A DNA stretch of 64,000 bases, taken from the NCBI GenBank assembly GCA_965206985.1, contig CBDBLF010000011.1, positions 477,320-541,319 on the forward strand, given 5' to 3'. This stretch comes from Spirochaetota bacterium (GTDB lineage Bacteria > Spirochaetota > Leptospiria > Turneriellales > CBDBES01). This document shows, in pieces, positions 27,788 to 38,486 of this stretch. Within the stretch, counting starts at the first letter, position 1, and the number at the start of each line of letters is the position of its first letter. The translations under genes were made by a program, and so were the position numbers. The notes below the pieces were generated by a model, which was not told the origin of the DNA, ran no database searches, and was given only the letters and a program-made list of their open reading frames with translations.

Positions 27788-29215
27788 CTAGTTGTTTCTG
27801 CCCGCATTACTGGGAGTTGGAGAGAGATCACCAACCATTTTTTCTGGTACGACCCATTCATCAAATTGTTCGGAAGACAATAAATCAAGTGAAAGAGCGG
27901 CTTCTCTTAGCGTTATATTTTCTTGATGAGCCTTTTTCGCAATCTTTGCTGCATTATCATAACCAATATGGATATTTAATGCAGTAACTAACATTAATGA
28001 ATTTTCCAGATTTTTCTTGATTTCGGAATAACTTGGTTCTATCTCTACAATGCAATTATCATTAAATGACTTAGCAGCATCTCCTAAATTTTGGGCAGAT
28101 ATCAGGAAATTATAGATCATTATTGGTTTAAATACATTGAGTTCAAAATGACCATTCATCCCGCCCACACTAATCGCGACATCGTTTCCAATGACTTGTG
28201 CACATACCATCGTCATTGCTTCACATTGCGTTGGGTTCACCTTGCCAGGCATAATTGATGAGCCAGGCTCATTGGAGGGTATCGTGATTTCACCAATTCC
28301 ACAGCGTGGCCCTGAAGAAAGCATTCGTATATCATTTGCAATTTTCATGAGACTAACTGCCGTCGTTTTCAGAGAACCTGAAGCCTCAACAATTGCATCA
28401 TGAGCGGCAAGAGCCTCAAATTTATTTTTAGCTGTCACAAATGGAAGTCCGCTTAAACGCTTAATTTCAGAGGCAACCTTTGTGGCATACTGAGGAGGAG
28501 CGTTGATACCGGTACCGACTGCGGTTCCTCCCAAAGCAAGCTCTGCAAGGTGGGGCAAGGTGTTTCGGATCGTCTTTAAGGCGTGCTCAAGTTGGGAAGC
28601 GTATCCCGAAAACTCTTGACCTAGCGTCAGTGGAGTGGCATCCATAAAATGGGTTCGCCCAATTTTAACAACATTCATGAATTCCTCTGATTTTTTTTTG
28701 AATGTTTGTCTTAAGTTTTCCAATCTTGGAATCGTTACTTCGACCATCATTTTATAGGCCGCAATGTGCATCGCCGTTGGGAAGGTATCATTAGAAGATT
28801 GAGATTTATTCACATCATCATTGGGGTGTAAAAACTTATTTTTAGCATCGAGGCGACCGCCACTGATAACATGACCACGATTAGCAATCACTTCATTTAC
28901 GTTCATGTTAGTTTGTGTTCCTGAGCCTGTTTGCCAAACAACCAGAGGAAACTGGTCATCTAATTTGCCTGCGAGTATCTCATCGCACACTTCACCTATA
29001 AGGTCGGACTTCTTTTTAGGAAGGACTTTGCAAGACAGGTTCGTGAGAGCCGCTCCTTTTTTTAGGATGGCAAAAGCATGGATTACCTTAATAGGCATCT
29101 TTTGATGCCCAATCTTAAAATTCTGTAAAGATCTCTGCGTCTGAGCTCCCCAGTATTTATCAGAAGGAACCTCAATCTCACCAATGCTGTCTTTTTCTAA
29201 ACGCTTCTTGGACAC
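27788..29215 (-). CDS. fumC: Fumarate hydratase, class II
   Basis: [37 protein letters not shown] signature, 475 aa. Confidence 0.9.
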   Translation of the reverse strand: MSKKRLEKDSIGEIEVPSDKYWGAQTQRSLQNFKIGHQKMPIKVIHAFAILKKGAALTNLSCKVLPKKKSDLIGEVCDEILAGKLDDQFPLVVWQTGSGTQTNMNVNEVIANRGHVISGGRLDAKNKFLHPNDDVNKSQSSNDTFPTAMHIAAYKMMVEVTIPRLENLRQTFKKKSEEFMNVVKIGRTHFMDATPLTLGQEFSGYASQLEHALKTIRNTLPHLAELALGGTAVGTGINAPPQYATKVASEIKRLSGLPFVTAKNKFEALAAHDAIVEASGSLKTTAVSLMKIANDIRMLSSGPRCGIGEITIPSNEPGSSIMPGKVNPTQCEAMTMVCAQVIGNDVAISVGGMNGHFELNVFKPIMIYNFLISAQNLGDAAKSFNDNCIVEIEPSYSEIKKNLENSLMLVTALNIHIGYDNAAKIAKKAHQENITLREAALSLDLLSSEQFDEWVVPEKMVGDLSPTPSNAGRNN

Positions 29216-29227
29216 TTCTTGCTACCT

Positions 29228-31198
29228 TTAATTACTCTGATCAAGAAAATCTTTTAGTTTTCTCATCCTGGTGGGAGCTCGAAGTCTTCTCAAGGCCTTT
29301 GCCTCAATTTGACGAATTCGCTCGCGAGTAACTTTAAAGACATAGCCAACCTCTTCAAGAGTATGGGTATAACCGTCGTCAAGGCCAAAACGCATACGAA
29401 TCACTTTTTGTTCCCGTGCGGGTAGAGTGGCTAATACTTGTGTTAGTTGCTCTTCTAGAATAGATTGTGCCGTTACTGCAATGGGGCTATCTGTTTTCTT
29501 GTCTTCGACAAAGTCACCCAGCTCAGAGTCTTCTTCTTCACCGACAGGAGTTTCCAATGCAATAGGGTCTTTCGCAACATTTTTAATTTGCTTCACTTTG
29601 TTTGAAGGCCAGCCAAGTCTTTCAGCAATTTCGTTGTCGTTAGGTTCACGCCCCACTTCTTGGAGGAAGAGGCGAACTTCACGATTCACTTTGTTAATTT
29701 GCTCAATCATATGACTAGGAATGCGTATTGTTTTCGCTTGTTCAGAAATAGAACGAGCAATTGCTTGTCGAATCCACCAAGTAGCGTATGTCGAGAATTT
29801 ATATCCCTTTCGATATTCAAATTTCTCAACAGCACGCATCAACCCGATATTACCTTCTTGAATGAGATCAAAAAAGTGCATACCTCGGTTGGCAAAACGT
29901 TTGGCAATCGAAACGACCAATCTAAGGTTAGCATTAATCAACTCTTTTTTTGCCATTTCAATTTCACGTTGACCGTGGGCAATCTTTTCGCCCCACGACA
30001 AAATAACCAAGGTGGGTGAACCGGCTTCTTGTTCCATGCGACGCAATTTTCTTTCGTTATTCCGAATATCTTTAATTACCTCTTTCGCATTATCAATTGA
30101 ACAGCCCATGTTTTTCTCGACTGTATCCAACTCTTCATTTCGTTCAATGTAGCGATTAAAGGCCTTAATTTCTTTCACATCATGGCCATATTTTTCTTTT
30201 AGACGGAGGAAATGACGTTTAATTTCCTTGATACGAAATACCATACTTTTAATTTTATTCACATGTTTAGTCAATTCTTTCAGAGATACACCTATTTTTT
30301 TCATGTGGGTGTTCGCCGCACCCTCTAGCTTGAGGATTTTTTCCCAGAGTTCTTGATGCTTTCTACTTTTATGTGTATATCTTTTTAGTTGTGATTTTAT
30401 ATCTTTGATATTTCTATCAATTTCTATAAGAGTTTCCATTTCATGGAGGAATACGTCACTCAGTTTTTTTTTTTCAGAATGAGAAATATAATAGGTTTTA
30501 GAAGCCCGACAAATGTCAGTAATTCGAGCAGTTTGATTTTTTACTTTTGGATAGTGTCGAATAAAAGAACTCCTCAGCAAAGAAGATTCAAGCACTGAGT
30601 CTTCCATAATATATTCTCCATTTTCGATACGCTTGGCAAGTTCAACTTCTTTGGTTCCTGAAATAAGAGAGACCTTACCAATCTCTTTTAGATAAAGTTT
30701 TATAGGGTCGTCAGCAACAGAGGTTGTCCTGCCTTTTTTCTTGCTTTCATCAATAACAATAGGGGGACGCAGTTTTGGCCGATTTAAAACCTGACCAAGA
30801 ATACTAATATCGTGGCCCTTATTCATAAGTAGCATAGCAACATCTTGTATGGTTAAGCTTTTTTTTGGATCGCTCGGGGTTAACTCATAGCCCATTTTTT
30901 TTAACTCCTCAAGCACTTGTTCAGGCACTTGTTGTTCGGCAAGGAGGTGAACATTATCTTGTGGGTGGACTTGTTTTGATGATTGGTGTTTGTATTCTTC
31001 TATAATTTCGATGCCATATTGGCTTAACAAAATAAAAACATCATCAATTTTATCTGAATTGGTGAGTTTCTCAGGCAAGATATCGTTGATTTCGTCATAG
31101 GTAATTTCACCATTGGCTTTTCCTATATTGATAATTTTTTGAATTTCCGGTAATTGCTCTAACTCCATAACCCACCTGTAACGAAAACCCATCAACAA
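29228..31198 (-). CDS. rpoD: RNA polymerase primary sigma factor (sigma-70)
   Basis: Regions 1.1-4.2 are recognisable ([62 protein letters not shown]). The likely start is MELEQL at 31168. Confidence 0.9.
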   Translation of the reverse strand: MLMGFRYRWVMELEQLPEIQKIINIGKANGEITYDEINDILPEKLTNSDKIDDVFILLSQYGIEIIEEYKHQSSKQVHPQDNVHLLAEQQVPEQVLEELKKMGYELTPSDPKKSLTIQDVAMLLMNKGHDISILGQVLNRPKLRPPIVIDESKKKGRTTSVADDPIKLYLKEIGKVSLISGTKEVELAKRIENGEYIMEDSVLESSLLRSSFIRHYPKVKNQTARITDICRASKTYYISHSEKKKLSDVFLHEMETLIEIDRNIKDIKSQLKRYTHKSRKHQELWEKILKLEGAANTHMKKIGVSLKELTKHVNKIKSMVFRIKEIKRHFLRLKEKYGHDVKEIKAFNRYIERNEELDTVEKNMGCSIDNAKEVIKDIRNNERKLRRMEQEAGSPTLVILSWGEKIAHGQREIEMAKKELINANLRLVVSIAKRFANRGMHFFDLIQEGNIGLMRAVEKFEYRKGYKFSTYATWWIRQAIARSISEQAKTIRIPSHMIEQINKVNREVRLFLQEVGREPNDNEIAERLGWPSNKVKQIKNVAKDPIALETPVGEEEDSELGDFVEDKKTDSPIAVTAQSILEEQLTQVLATLPAREQKVIRMRFGLDDGYTHTLEEVGYVFKVTRERIRQIEAKALRRLRAPTRMRKLKDFLDQSN

Positions 31199-31320
31199 AG
31201 CTTATTCGTCACGAAGTAAATCGGAATAAACACATCCAAAGTTGACCAGCCGTGTAATGGCCAATCATAATAACCAAAACAAATTGTACAGCATAAGAAT
31301 TATTAATGACTCCACACTTT

Positions 31321-31417
31321 GAGGTTGTGCGGGAAATATGATTGTTATGAGGTTATTTGTCACCCGTAGAGTTAATTTTGGAAATTATTTTTTTAGTTTT
31401 TTCATGATTTTTCCCAA
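31321..31417. repeat. Dispersed repeat copy R2 (one terminus plus interior of the MITE-like element, inverted relative to R1)
   Basis: About 85% match by eye to the reverse complement of 20690-20782. Confidence 0.55.
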
Positions 31418-31744
31418 TCTTTGCAGGAGGTTAGCATGAAAAAAAGTATAGAGTGTAGGAAACGGTGGGGTGTGCGATAGAAAAGAGACCCATATTTCAG
31501 ATAAGGTATTGATCCGTATGATCAGACGTACGATTCAGTCTTTAGTCTTCCATGGCGTTGGATATAAAAAAATACACAAATATATCCAACAAAAGTTAAA
31601 GAATAAAGCTATTTCTATAGGAAAACCTTTGTGGCCTTTCTAGTGCTCAAATAGTCGCAATTAGAACTTGAATTTAAAAAGTGCTGGAAGCATAAATAAA
31701 AAAAGGTTTGTGAGTAGGTCTTCCTATAGAAAATTATTCATGTT

Positions 31745-33208
31745 GTGAAGCCTTTTCGACTATTTAATTCACTGAGTAAAAAAATTGAAGATTTTATTCC
31801 CAGAAAGGCTCAAAAAAAAGAAGTGCGTCTCTACTCCTGTGGGCCTACGGTGTATGATGTTGCTCATATTGGTAATTTTCGCTCATATATCTTTTCCGAT
31901 GTTCTGACGAAATCGTTGCGGCTAGGTGGCTATACGGTGTATAATGCCATGAATATTACCGATGTCGATGACAAAACAATCCAAAAATTACTTGATGTAA
32001 AAAGTGAGCCTAGTCTTGATGATTTAAAAGATTATACCCGACCATTTACTACAATGTTTTTCGACGATATCCAAAAAATGAATATTGATCAAGCTACTTA
32101 TTATCCCAGAGCAACTGAACATATTGAAGAGATGCTTACACTAATTGAGCGTCTCATGAAGAAAGCAGTTGCCTACGAGAAAGATGGCTCGGTCTATTTT
32201 TCTATTAAAAAGCAAAACAATTATGGTAAATTATCACGGCTTGACTTATCTGAAATTCAAACAGTTCCTAGGTACAATACCGATGAGTACTCCAGAGAAG
32301 ACATCAGAGATTTTGTTTTGTGGAAAAAAGAAAAACCAGAAGAACATCTGGCATGGGATAGCCCTTTTGGTAGAGGTCGTCCCGGCTGGCATTTGGAGTG
32401 TTCGGCGATGGTGCACTGTATATTTAAAGATCAACTTGATATTCACACAGGGGGAACTGATCTTATATTTCCTCATCATGAAAATGAAATTGCCCAAAGT
32501 GAGACCGCTTTTGATGGAGAGTTAGCTAAATATTGGATGCATTGCGAACATCTGCTCATAAATGGAAAAAAAATGTCAAAATCGTTGGGTAACTTTTATA
32601 CCCTGCGGGATTTGCTGAGTAAGGGGTACCACGCCATGGCAATTCGTTATTTATTATTATCTGTACCCTATCGAAAAAAAATTAACTTCACTTTAGAAGC
32701 TCTGGAGCAAGCAGGGCAGACAATCCGAGGAATTTGGGGTAGTTATAACCGAGTTTTATCAGTAAAAGAAACTCCCAATCAATCTGATAAAATATCTGAT
32801 GATATTATCCAAAAATGTGAGGAGTTCAAAAATCAATTTTTAGATCATTTGAAAAATGATCTGAACACAGCGAAAGCTTTGGCTACATTCCATCATTTCT
32901 TAGGGACGGTGAATGTTTCCCTGAATATTTTTAATGGCGCATTACCTAAATATCTCAAACAATCGATTCTCAATTCTTTTATATATTTTGATTCTGTAAT
33001 CAGTATCTTATCTTATCATAAAGACTTAACTAAAATAGAGAATATCCCCAAGAAGATATTGGAAACTTTAGAGACAAGAAAGCGGGCTCGGTCAGAAAAA
33101 GATTTTTTGAAAGCGGATAAACTGAGGGAAGAGATTCTCAAAGCAGGCTATGAAATTCTTGATAATAAAGAAACGGGCAGCCAACTCCGGAAATTAAATC
33201 TCAATTAG
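31745..33208 (+). CDS. cysS: Cysteinyl-tRNA synthetase
   Basis: HIGN (VAHIGNFRSY) and KMSKS (KKMSKSLGN) class I motifs. GTG start. Confidence 0.9.
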   Translation: MKPFRLFNSLSKKIEDFIPRKAQKKEVRLYSCGPTVYDVAHIGNFRSYIFSDVLTKSLRLGGYTVYNAMNITDVDDKTIQKLLDVKSEPSLDDLKDYTRPFTTMFFDDIQKMNIDQATYYPRATEHIEEMLTLIERLMKKAVAYEKDGSVYFSIKKQNNYGKLSRLDLSEIQTVPRYNTDEYSREDIRDFVLWKKEKPEEHLAWDSPFGRGRPGWHLECSAMVHCIFKDQLDIHTGGTDLIFPHHENEIAQSETAFDGELAKYWMHCEHLLINGKKMSKSLGNFYTLRDLLSKGYHAMAIRYLLLSVPYRKKINFTLEALEQAGQTIRGIWGSYNRVLSVKETPNQSDKISDDIIQKCEEFKNQFLDHLKNDLNTAKALATFHHFLGTVNVSLNIFNGALPKYLKQSILNSFIYFDSVISILSYHKDLTKIENIPKKILETLETRKRARSEKDFLKADKLREEILKAGYEILDNKETGSQLRKLNLN

Positions 33209-33241
33209 GAATTTGGCTTATTGATTCTTATGTAATTTTTT

Positions 33242-34039
33242 ATGAAAAAGATTAAAGAAACTTTAGAAGAAATATTCTATGGTGTTCGACCTTTAGATGA
33301 AATTTCAAAGACTACCGGTTTCTATGGCTCAGATATTATCTATCTTTCACAGAGGTCACCGCATATACGACTAAAAAATATTATTCAAAAAGCTCGACGA
33401 TCGGGTGCAAATATTAAATTCACAACCTCACTAGAAATTGACCAATTATCTCTGGGGAAAAAACATCAGGGAGTTTTACTTGTTCGTAGTGAAAAGATTT
33501 CTTACCCTAACATTAAAATAGAGGAGATTATTTCCCAGCCTTCTGGGCTTTATGTTTTAATTGAACGCTTGAACGATCCTCAAAATTTAGGTTCAATTGT
33601 CCGTTCGATGGCAGCGTTTGGAGCCGAAGCATTGGTCATGAATAAAAAAAAGACGCCACCTTTAGGGCAGGTTGTTTGGAAGGTCTCTGCAGGAGCATTA
33701 TCTCAACTCCCTGTTTTGTGGGCGAATGGATGTCAGAATTTCATAACGAAATTAAAAGAGAAATCAAAAAATCAAATAAAATCTTGTTTCATAGGGGCAA
33801 GTCTTTCAGGCGAACCAATGTGCGTGAATAGATTAAAAGAAATACACCAAGAGCATAAAAAAATTTTTTTGGTTTTAGGAGATGAAGAGCGTGGGATATC
33901 AAGAGGTCTTCTGAATGAATTAGACTTTTTGTTACGAATTCCTCATAGCCCAAAAATTAATAGTTTGAATGTTGGAGTTGCTACGGGTATTCTATTACAT
34001 TCACTCTCACTTCCTCAAAATTATGCCTCAAAATTATGA
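33242..34039 (+). CDS. rlmB: SpoU/TrmH-family 23S rRNA 2'-O-methyltransferase (RlmB-like)
   Basis: DPQNLGSIVRS, LVLGDEERGIS and SLNVGVATGILLH motifs. Confidence 0.75.
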   Translation: MKKIKETLEEIFYGVRPLDEISKTTGFYGSDIIYLSQRSPHIRLKNIIQKARRSGANIKFTTSLEIDQLSLGKKHQGVLLVRSEKISYPNIKIEEIISQPSGLYVLIERLNDPQNLGSIVRSMAAFGAEALVMNKKKTPPLGQVVWKVSAGALSQLPVLWANGCQNFITKLKEKSKNQIKSCFIGASLSGEPMCVNRLKEIHQEHKKIFLVLGDEERGISRGLLNELDFLLRIPHSPKINSLNVGVATGILLHSLSLPQNYASKL

Positions 34040-36375
34040 TGGAAAATATTGGTCATGTAATTGTTTTAGGTGCCGGAATTTTGCAAACCCCGTTGATCGA
34101 AGAAATTAAAAAATATGGTGGCTATTCTCTTGTTATTGATAAAAACCCCTACGCTCTAGGAATAAAAAAAGCAGATTATTTTTTGGAAGCCTCTACAAAA
34201 GAGGCACAGGAGATCATTTGTAAACTAGATTCCTTATCTTTTCGATCAGAAATAACTCATTGCGTTACTGTAGGAACCGATATGACATCAACCTTAGCTC
34301 ATGTGAACGAACACCTTGGCTTAGAGGGGCTGATGGTATGGCAAAGCGAAGTTACTTCACACAAAGGCAAGATGAGAAAATTTTTAAAAACGGCGGGTGG
34401 CCTCCCACAACCAGAATTTTACTGTAGCTCTGACAAAAATGATGTCCATAGATGGCTTGTTTCTGAAATAAATCAAAAAGAAAAAGAAAGTCGTTTTGTT
34501 TTAAAGCCTGTTGATAACATGGGTGCTAGAGGAGTTATTTACTTTGAAAATATCATGGATATAAGTTTCGCTTTCGAATTAGCCCAAAAAGAATCAGCGT
34601 CGCAAGAAATCATTGTCGAGGAGTATATCGAAGGGGATGAAATATCCGTAGACGCTCTGATCTATGATGGACGATGCTTTCTCACGGGTGTTGCTGATCG
34701 AATCATTCAAAGAGAAGAATCAATGTATTTTGTTGAAACAGGGCATAATATGCCTACTCGACATAATCGAGGCGTTATTCAAAAAATTCAACATACGATG
34801 CAAGCGATTGCTGATGCTCTGGGTTCTCCAAAAAAGCCCTATCATGGCCCGCTCAAAGGTGATCTAAAATATACGAAACAAAACAACATTATTGTGGGCG
34901 AAGTTGCTTCTCGGTTATCGGGAGGCTTTATGAGCACGCATACATTCGAGCATGCAACGGGAGTCAATCTGATGAAATTATATCTCAACTTAATCACAAG
35001 AAATAAAACTTCATTTTTTGATATTGTCCAAAATATTGGTTACACATCAGTGTGCATTGAACGCTCCATTTTGGCAGAGCCCGGACAACTAAAAGTAAGT
35101 AGTAGACCATCCAAAGAGTATTTTAGTTCCCAAAAGAAAGAAAATCAAGAAACAAAATTATGTGAATTTTTTCTTAACTGTGGCGAAGGGGATATTATAG
35201 AACCTGTCAAAAATAATGTTGGTAAATATGCCCACGTTATTATTCAGTCAAACTCTCTTGAAAATGCAGAAGCCTTGTGGGCAGATTTGAGTCAAAAGGT
35301 AATTCCTCATACAGAACCCCCTTCCTTTACACCGAGAGAGTTAAGAAAGCAAGCAGTTAAAAAATTTCATCCAAAGTATTGTTGGGCTTGTAAAATATGT
35401 GATGGGTTAAATTGTGCCTCGTCTGTTCCCGGTATGGGAGGAGTGGGGAACATGCAAACTTTTCAAGAAAATAACAAACTCCTCCGTAATATCAAAATTT
35501 TACCTAACTATCTCAATAGAGACAAAAAGAATAATTCAAGAGAAGAAGAAAAGATTACCATAAATACAGATATTTTAGGAATTTCCATGGGAGCACCCAT
35601 TTTGACCGCTCCTATAACGGGTAGTCTCTCAAACATGGGGGGTAGCATTTCGGAATGGGAATACGCCTTCGAAACAGCAACGGCGGCAAAAGCGTTGGGT
35701 CTCATTCCAACTTTTGGGGACGGGGCCAGCCCTGACAAATATTGGGTTGGTTTAAAAGTGATTCAAAAGCTAGGGGTTGGTCTTCCTGTATTTAAGCCGA
35801 GAAAAGATTTAGCGGAGCTAAAAATACGAATTAACGAAGCAGAAGAGATGGGTGCCAAGGCATGGGGGATGGACGTGGATGGTGTTTGGTTTACAACGAT
35901 GCGGGCAAAAGCTCAAAAAACTCAAAGAAAAACATATAAAGAATTGGTTCACCTGAAGGAATCCTCTTCATTGCCCTTTTTTCTGAAGGGCATTATGAGT
36001 ATTTCTGATGCAGAGATTGCTTGTGAGGCAGGTGCGGGAGCAATTATTATAAGCAATCATGGTGGGCGGGTATTTGATGGTATGCCTGCAACTGCTGAGG
36101 TGCTTCCTCGGGTTGCTGATTTTGTCAAAAAAAAATATCCTGCGGTTGATATTTTAGTCGACGGGGGCATTCGCTCAGGAAGTGATTTGTTTAAGATGAT
36201 TGCTCTTGGTGCAAAGGCTGTCTTAATCGGAAGACCCATTGTCATTGCTACAGTAGCTTATGCTCGATTTGGAGTTTACGATCTACTCAGAAAATACATT
36301 GATGAGTTTAGAGTGGTTCTTAAAGTCATGGGATTATCTTCTTTGAATGAGGTTCAGAGAAGTCATATTAGGTAA
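34036..36375 (+). CDS. Fusion protein: ATP-grasp ligase domain + Cys-rich linker + FMN-dependent alpha-hydroxy-acid dehydrogenase/oxidase-type TIM barrel
   Basis: The N-terminal ~430 aa are ATP-grasp-like (VIVLGAG..., KPVDNMGARGV, EEYIEGDEISVD). Then CWACKICDGLNCASSVPGMGGVG, followed by AIIISNHGGR...VDGGIRSGSDLFKMIALGAKAVLIGRP. Confidence 0.65.
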   Translation: MMENIGHVIVLGAGILQTPLIEEIKKYGGYSLVIDKNPYALGIKKADYFLEASTKEAQEIICKLDSLSFRSEITHCVTVGTDMTSTLAHVNEHLGLEGLMVWQSEVTSHKGKMRKFLKTAGGLPQPEFYCSSDKNDVHRWLVSEINQKEKESRFVLKPVDNMGARGVIYFENIMDISFAFELAQKESASQEIIVEEYIEGDEISVDALIYDGRCFLTGVADRIIQREESMYFVETGHNMPTRHNRGVIQKIQHTMQAIADALGSPKKPYHGPLKGDLKYTKQNNIIVGEVASRLSGGFMSTHTFEHATGVNLMKLYLNLITRNKTSFFDIVQNIGYTSVCIERSILAEPGQLKVSSRPSKEYFSSQKKENQETKLCEFFLNCGEGDIIEPVKNNVGKYAHVIIQSNSLENAEALWADLSQKVIPHTEPPSFTPRELRKQAVKKFHPKYCWACKICDGLNCASSVPGMGGVGNMQTFQENNKLLRNIKILPNYLNRDKKNNSREEEKITINTDILGISMGAPILTAPITGSLSNMGGSISEWEYAFETATAAKALGLIPTFGDGASPDKYWVGLKVIQKLGVGLPVFKPRKDLAELKIRINEAEEMGAKAWGMDVDGVWFTTMRAKAQKTQRKTYKELVHLKESSSLPFFLKGIMSISDAEIACEAGAGAIIISNHGGRVFDGMPATAEVLPRVADFVKKKYPAVDILVDGGIRSGSDLFKMIALGAKAVLIGRPIVIATVAYARFGVYDLLRKYIDEFRVVLKVMGLSSLNEVQRSHIR

Positions 36376-36389
36376 AATAGCAATAAAAG

Positions 36390-38042
36390 ATGAAAAAACA
36401 AATATTTTTTAAATGGTTTTTCTTTCTCATCTTTGTTTGTGGAGAGCTTATACTTACAGGAGTGCACACACAGGAGTTAGTTTTCCAGCAATCAAGAAAA
36501 AAAGCCGGGGTTCAAAGTTTATCATTCAATTCATCATACAATGAGTACATGCCTTTTATTAGCCCTGACGGAAGTTTTTTATTATTCCAGTCAGATCGTC
36601 CTGATGGTAGCCTTGATTCTGGAGACTCTGATATTTGGATGTCCCGCAGAGATACTAGATTTCTCGATGAAATTATTTTTTTACCCCCCGAGAATGTTGG
36701 GGTTCCTGTCAATACTCTATTTCTAGAAGGGATGTCTTCTGTTTGGTTTGAGTCAAAAAACCAGTGGTATCTTTACTTCACAAGTATTTTAAGTAAACAG
36801 CGCGATAATGGAATTGGAGAGACTGATATTTTCTATTCTTTTCATAAGGATGGTGTTTTTTCTAGGCCACTTCCCGTTGAAGCGATCAATACCCTATTTC
36901 ATGATAGAATGCCCTACGTAGCGTTGGATGGCTCTATGTTATTTTTCACTTCAAATAGACCGGGTGGTTATGGAGGTGAAGATATTTGGATATCAGAATA
37001 TGATAAAAATAAAAGAGAATGGAGGAAACCATACAATGCGGGTGATCGTATTAACACAAAATATGATGAGAGCTCGCCAGCTATCCATAGAAATAAAGTA
37101 TCCCTTTATTTTGTCTCAAACAGAAGGGGCGGATACGGTGGTTTTGATATTTATCGTTCACAAAAAAAGGAGTTACCACAGGGCAGTCTATGGACAAAAC
37201 CAAGAAACCTTGGCAATGAGTATAATTCACGATACGACGAAGAGGGCATTGGTTTATCTGGAGCCGGAGAGTATATTTATTTTTCCTCCAACCGAACACA
37301 AGGAAAAGGCTTATTCGATATTTATCAGCACAAACTGAGATTTGAATTTAGGTCTCAACTACCTGTTATATTTGTTGGTAATGTCTATATTAAAGGCACC
37401 AAAAAAGGAATTGAAGCAAATATAAAAATCTCCAATCAAGGTCTTGAGCATAATTTGGCAACCAACTTGCCCGAGGGAGATTTCTCGGTTCAACTCCAGA
37501 GTAATGATGTGTATCATATTCAGGTTTCTGCCCCCGGTCATAAGTCTCAGCAATATAAGCTAAACCTCAGAGATGTTATCGAACATAACAAACGAAGAAG
37601 AAAAGTTTTTTTCCTTGATAGAATTGAACAAAGCATGGTACCTAAAGACAGTATGATATACAAAGACAAAATGATGCCAGGCTCTCAAAATAATTTAAGG
37701 GAAGAGGTAATAAAGAAGCCTCTTGAACTATTTTATTTTCCCACAAATATTATAACAGTTGAAAAAATTGATAAACAAATAAAGAAGATATACTCAATCT
37801 GGAAGAAAGACAAAACAAAACAAGTTGTTGTTGAAGGACATTCAGGGAGGGAAGGTAACTCTAAAAAACAAAAAGAAATATCTCGTAAGCGATCGTTTTT
37901 TATTAGGGCCGAGTTATTAAAAACAGGTGTACCAAAAGAACAGCTACTTCATCATTGGTATGGTTTTGCTAGACCGGTTTCTTTTGAGGTGGATTCTGTC
38001 TCTCGGGCCAAAAATAGGAGGGTTGAGGTGTATATTTATTGA
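36390..38042 (+). CDS. Exported TolB-like beta-propeller repeat protein with C-terminal OmpA-family peptidoglycan-binding domain
   Basis: Signal peptide. Repeated P..SPDG..L.F.S.R.GG.G..DI units. C-terminal ...NRRVEVYIY. Confidence 0.75.
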   Translation: MKKQIFFKWFFFLIFVCGELILTGVHTQELVFQQSRKKAGVQSLSFNSSYNEYMPFISPDGSFLLFQSDRPDGSLDSGDSDIWMSRRDTRFLDEIIFLPPENVGVPVNTLFLEGMSSVWFESKNQWYLYFTSILSKQRDNGIGETDIFYSFHKDGVFSRPLPVEAINTLFHDRMPYVALDGSMLFFTSNRPGGYGGEDIWISEYDKNKREWRKPYNAGDRINTKYDESSPAIHRNKVSLYFVSNRRGGYGGFDIYRSQKKELPQGSLWTKPRNLGNEYNSRYDEEGIGLSGAGEYIYFSSNRTQGKGLFDIYQHKLRFEFRSQLPVIFVGNVYIKGTKKGIEANIKISNQGLEHNLATNLPEGDFSVQLQSNDVYHIQVSAPGHKSQQYKLNLRDVIEHNKRRRKVFFLDRIEQSMVPKDSMIYKDKMMPGSQNNLREEVIKKPLELFYFPTNIITVEKIDKQIKKIYSIWKKDKTKQVVVEGHSGREGNSKKQKEISRKRSFFIRAELLKTGVPKEQLLHHWYGFARPVSFEVDSVSRAKNRRVEVYIY

Positions 38043-38090
38043 TGTTTTGTGTGTTGAACACCACTAAACATCGTTGTCGCACTTTAAAGA

Positions 38091-38486
38091 ATGTTATCAG
38101 AAAAAGACATGGATTTAATTACTCAGCATATTGTCATGCCTGAAAACCTCAATGCAAATTATCATATGTTTGGTGGTCACTTGCTTGCTTGGCTAGATAA
38201 AGACCTCTACATATTCACGGCCACAAGGCTTGGTTGTAGTTTTTTGGTTACTGGTGCTATGAATAATATTCGCTTTAAAAATCCTGCTTACCTGGGGGAA
38301 ATTATACGTTTTTATGGAAAGGTTAAAGAAATCAGAAAAAGTAGTGTCATCACGACTGGCTTGGCAATCGCTTTTAATCCAGAAACTGAGGGTACTCGAG
38401 AAATTATTGAGTGTGATATCACTTTCGTTTCTGTGACAACTCAAGGAAAAGTCACTAGAATAAAAGAGAGAAAATCAAAAGAGTGA
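38091..38486 (+). CDS. Acyl-CoA thioesterase (hotdog fold, YciA-like)
   Basis: [22 protein letters not shown] motif, 131 aa. Confidence 0.7.
   Translation: MLSEKDMDLITQHIVMPENLNANYHMFGGHLLAWLDKDLYIFTATRLGCSFLVTGAMNNIRFKNPAYLGEIIRFYGKVKEIRKSSVITTGLAIAFNPETEGTREIIECDITFVSVTTQGKVTRIKERKSKE

Noticed and set aside
31556-31590. Perfect 10-bp inverted repeat GTTGGATATA...TATATCCAAC in the rpoD-cysS intergenic region, considered as a terminator or riboswitch element.
   Set aside because: There is no U-tract on either strand. It lies ~370 nt from rpoD and ~150 nt from cysS, and no further conserved structure is recognisable. The evidence is insufficient to call a function.
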